Assembly (NCBI GenBank): GCA_036172245.1
Contig: JAYWIR010000044.1
Coordinates: 1,550,001 to 1,614,000, forward strand
Source: Raillietiella orientalis
Lineage: Eukaryota
DNA length: 64,000 nt
Reading direction: 5' to 3'
The notes under the pieces: model-generated
Told to the model about the DNA's origin: nothing
The model's input: the letters and a program-made list of their open reading frames with translations, nothing else
The model's database searches: none
Shown: one piece after another, positions 61,379 through 64,000 of the stretch
Layout of the letters: each line of letters opens with the position of its first letter
Numbering within the stretch: position 1 is the stretch's first letter
Program-made: the position numbers and the translations under genes

Positions 61379-63902
61379 GTGCGGAGTTTCTATTCCTCCC
61401 TTTACGCCAGGGAGCCCCCGGATCGAAACGCTTCTCGGCGCTTGCTTCCGGATGGCACCCCGGCAATAGGGGAGGAGGAGATGGAAAGCCTCGACGAGCC
61501 TTTTACCACCGACGAAATTCTCGCGGGTATCAAAAGGCTTAAGAAGCGTAAGGCGTCAGATGAGGACGCCTTGCCCGCGGAGTTTTTTCAGAGCTTCACG
61601 GAAAAGCTGGCACCCCTGCTGCTTAAGTTTATCAGGCTGATCCGAGACAAAGGCGATGTTCCCGCCTCGTTTCGGTCAGCCAGAGTGAGGCTTCTTCCGA
61701 AGGGGGGAGACCTCAGGAAATTGCACAACTGGCGTCCGATCACCATCGTGAACACGGATGCCAAGTTGCTAGCACGGCTATGGGCTTCGCGTTTTGGGCA
61801 GGTGGCAGAGTCCATAATTAGCCCGGAGCAGACCTATGCAGTTCCCGGGCGAAGTATGGACGCCAACCTCTTCTTCGCAAGCACGTGGATGCACCTGCAA
61901 AGGAGAGAAAAGAAAGGGAAAGGGAAAATCGGCAACCCCACATTGGGGCCGCCAGCTGGGCTGCGAAGGGAACCCTGGGCGGGGAAGGGAGCCCTAGCGA
62001 TCGCAGTCGATCTCCAGAAGGCGTTCGACTGTGTAGACCAGGAACTCCTCTTGGAGCTCCTGGGTTGCATGGGCTTCCCACCCTCCTTGATATCCTACCT
62101 GCGCTCGTCCTGGCGGAATGCGATGATTACCGTCTCTTTCAGCGGCCACAAGGTGTATGGCGTGCCGGTGCGGCAGGGCATAAGGCAGGGAGAAAGCCTC
62201 AGCCCCCTGCTCTTTAGCACCTACTTTGAGTTGGTGCTGAGAGCGTACAGGGTGACTTTGGTTCCCTTGCCGAGCTCGTGCCCCGGAACGCAGGCCGTAG
62301 CGGCGTATGCCGACGATCTTCTGCTCCTCTTACCTATGTCCACCCCTGCGAAGGCGGTCGGAGACTTCTTCGACCTGCTCAATTGCGGTACCGGACTGCA
62401 GGTTAACAGGGCGAAGACGTCCGTAATGCCAGTCGGAGCGGCGTGGGCAGGGCAGCAGGACTGGGTCCGTTTGGGGATCCCCACGGTGAGGTACTTCAAG
62501 TACCTTGGTGTGCCGTTGGGGGACTACTCCCCTGCGGAAGCGTGGTCCGGCTGCCTTCAGAAGGCTCAGGCGGCGATCGGCCCGTTCCAGGACGCCAGGT
62601 TCTACCTGCAGGAACGGGCCGCGGCGTGGAACGCGTTTGCGGCCCCCCTCCTTCGCCCCTTGCTTTTTGTTTGCCCCCCTCAGCGGAGTCAAAGAAGAGG
62701 GCGAAGGACCTCCTGAGGATCGCCCTTTGGGGCAGAGGGAGGCCCCGAGTCCGTCTTTCGGATTTGTGCGCTCCTCGTCGGGATGGTGGTCTGAACCTCT
62801 TGACGTTGGAGAGGCTGGAGCTACAGCTCCAGTTCCGAGTTGTTGCCTTTATGGCTGAAAATTGGTGGTCTCCTTGGTGCCTCCCTGCACGTCTTCTCGT
62901 CGAGCGGGCCACCGGCAATGCGGAACTCTTGTCCTACTTTGCACTCCGAAGCCCGATCTGCCACTGCGGACTTCAACTTCGGAGGGCGGCCAATCTCGTG
63001 AAGAACAACTCGGCGCGGATCCTCGTACGCCCCGCGAACGCTCCTGCCTGGCTGCAGGAAACCGTCCGCACGTGGGCGATGATTCAGGAGCAGAGCCCGC
63101 AACACGAACGAATAGCTCTGTTCGGGCCGCATGCCCACCGCACGCTCCGAGAAATCATCGAGAATCCCCGAAGGAGAGCGTGGGCACAAAGAACCTCCCT
63201 TGCTGCGGTACTGCTTACCCTACGGGAACATCTGGGCAGCGATGTCGCGGCACAATGGGAGGTTACTGTCAAGATCGCCAGCAGGGCAAAGAAGATCGGG
63301 GATTGGAGAACGGGTCAGCTCACAAACGCTGCGATCCCGAGGACCACCCCAAATGGACTGTTGCGCCGGGGAGAGCTACTGGATGTTCCAGAGGAACATC
63401 TCGAGTGGACCCCGGTGCTCATGGACTCGCGCACCCTCCCCATGAAGTGGCAACAGTCGGCACTGCTGGTGTTGCATTGGGGGCTTCCTTGCAACGCCCA
63501 CCGACACCACTGGACGCGGGGGGGTGTCAACCCTAATTGTGTCAGGTGCGGGGAGAGGGAATACCTCCCCCACCTGTTAGTGGATTGTGTTGCCCTCCGT
63601 CCCTTGTGGGAACGCTTTGCCGCAGCCCTGGGGATCCCCGGAGGCAACCCCAGAGACGCTTCGCGCCCCCTCTTCGTCCGTGACGCCCTGCCTCCAGCGG
63701 CATCGCTTGCAGCCCTGTGCTGCCTACGCGGGATCGTCGTGGCATGGAGCAAAGCGACGGAAGGATCCAGCGACAAGGATGCCAACGTGTATGCCGCCCG
63801 TTTCCTCAGGATGGCGACGCGATAACCCCATCTGGAACCACACACGCAGAAACAGCTTGCCGGCATCCTCCAGAGGATGACGGACCTTCCCAGCAGACTG
63901 TG
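61379..63902 (+). pseudogene. E15 ORF2 RT and C-terminal region (frameshift near 62680, stop at 63823-63825)
   Basis: WRPIT, KAFD, YADD, KYLG and CVRCGEREYLPHLLVDC. Confidence 0.9.
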
Positions 63903-64000
63903 ATCCCTTCCCGCTCCCTCCCTGATTTTTGTTTATTTTTTGTTTTCTTTTTGTTTCGTTCCTCCTCCCCTCTGCTGCCGAGGTCGACCGCGCCGGGCTG

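Larger units (their letters stand above)
52441..63999 (+). mobile_element. Full-length chimeric LINE (E15), interrupted by E16; its 3' UTR runs off the window
   Basis: 5' motif at 52442-52462. ORF1 in 52657..53616 and 53046..54404. EN runs to AGDFN (54871) and resumes at 60778. RT in 61379..62716; C-terminus in 62443..63825. Confidence 0.9.

Noticed and set aside
1..63999. LTR, DIRS or Penelope elements
   Set aside because: No integrase, protease, RNase H, tyrosine recombinase or GIY-YIG motifs were seen. The long repeats are internal LINE paralogy.

Overview
Eukaryotic, GC-rich DNA made almost entirely of nested, mostly degenerate non-LTR retrotransposons of the L1/Tx1 type. ORF1 has an RRM-like region, CCHC zinc knuckles and a low-complexity tail; ORF2 has an APE endonuclease, reverse transcriptase and C-terminal CxxC..HxxxxC zinc finger. 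I resolve about 18 elements and 3 small fragments, from several related subfamilies and one divergent family, in both orientations and nested up to three levels. No copy is fully intact, and the only clearly non-TE DNA is a ~0.6 kb AT-rich island (44727-45336). Recurrent unusual traits: (1) elements end in AATAAA plus a CCCGG-loop-CCGGG hairpin and TGA, with no poly(A); (2) they start with a conserved ACGTG-(9-10 nt pyrimidine-rich)-GCTC motif; (3) subfamilies insert repeatedly at the same homologous sites inside relatives (RT 'AFD' codons three times, 'L-x-DWD' twice); (4) the endonuclease appears to lack the specificity beta-hairpin; (5) ORF1 and ORF2 are joined by TTCCCAG-NNN-TRA with an overlapping ORF2 first codon that is not always ATG. 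The layout resembles a Zepp-like self-targeting LINE cluster, possibly centromeric or subtelomeric (inference). The host organism cannot be identified from sequence alone. Boundaries were read by eye and may be off by a few bases.
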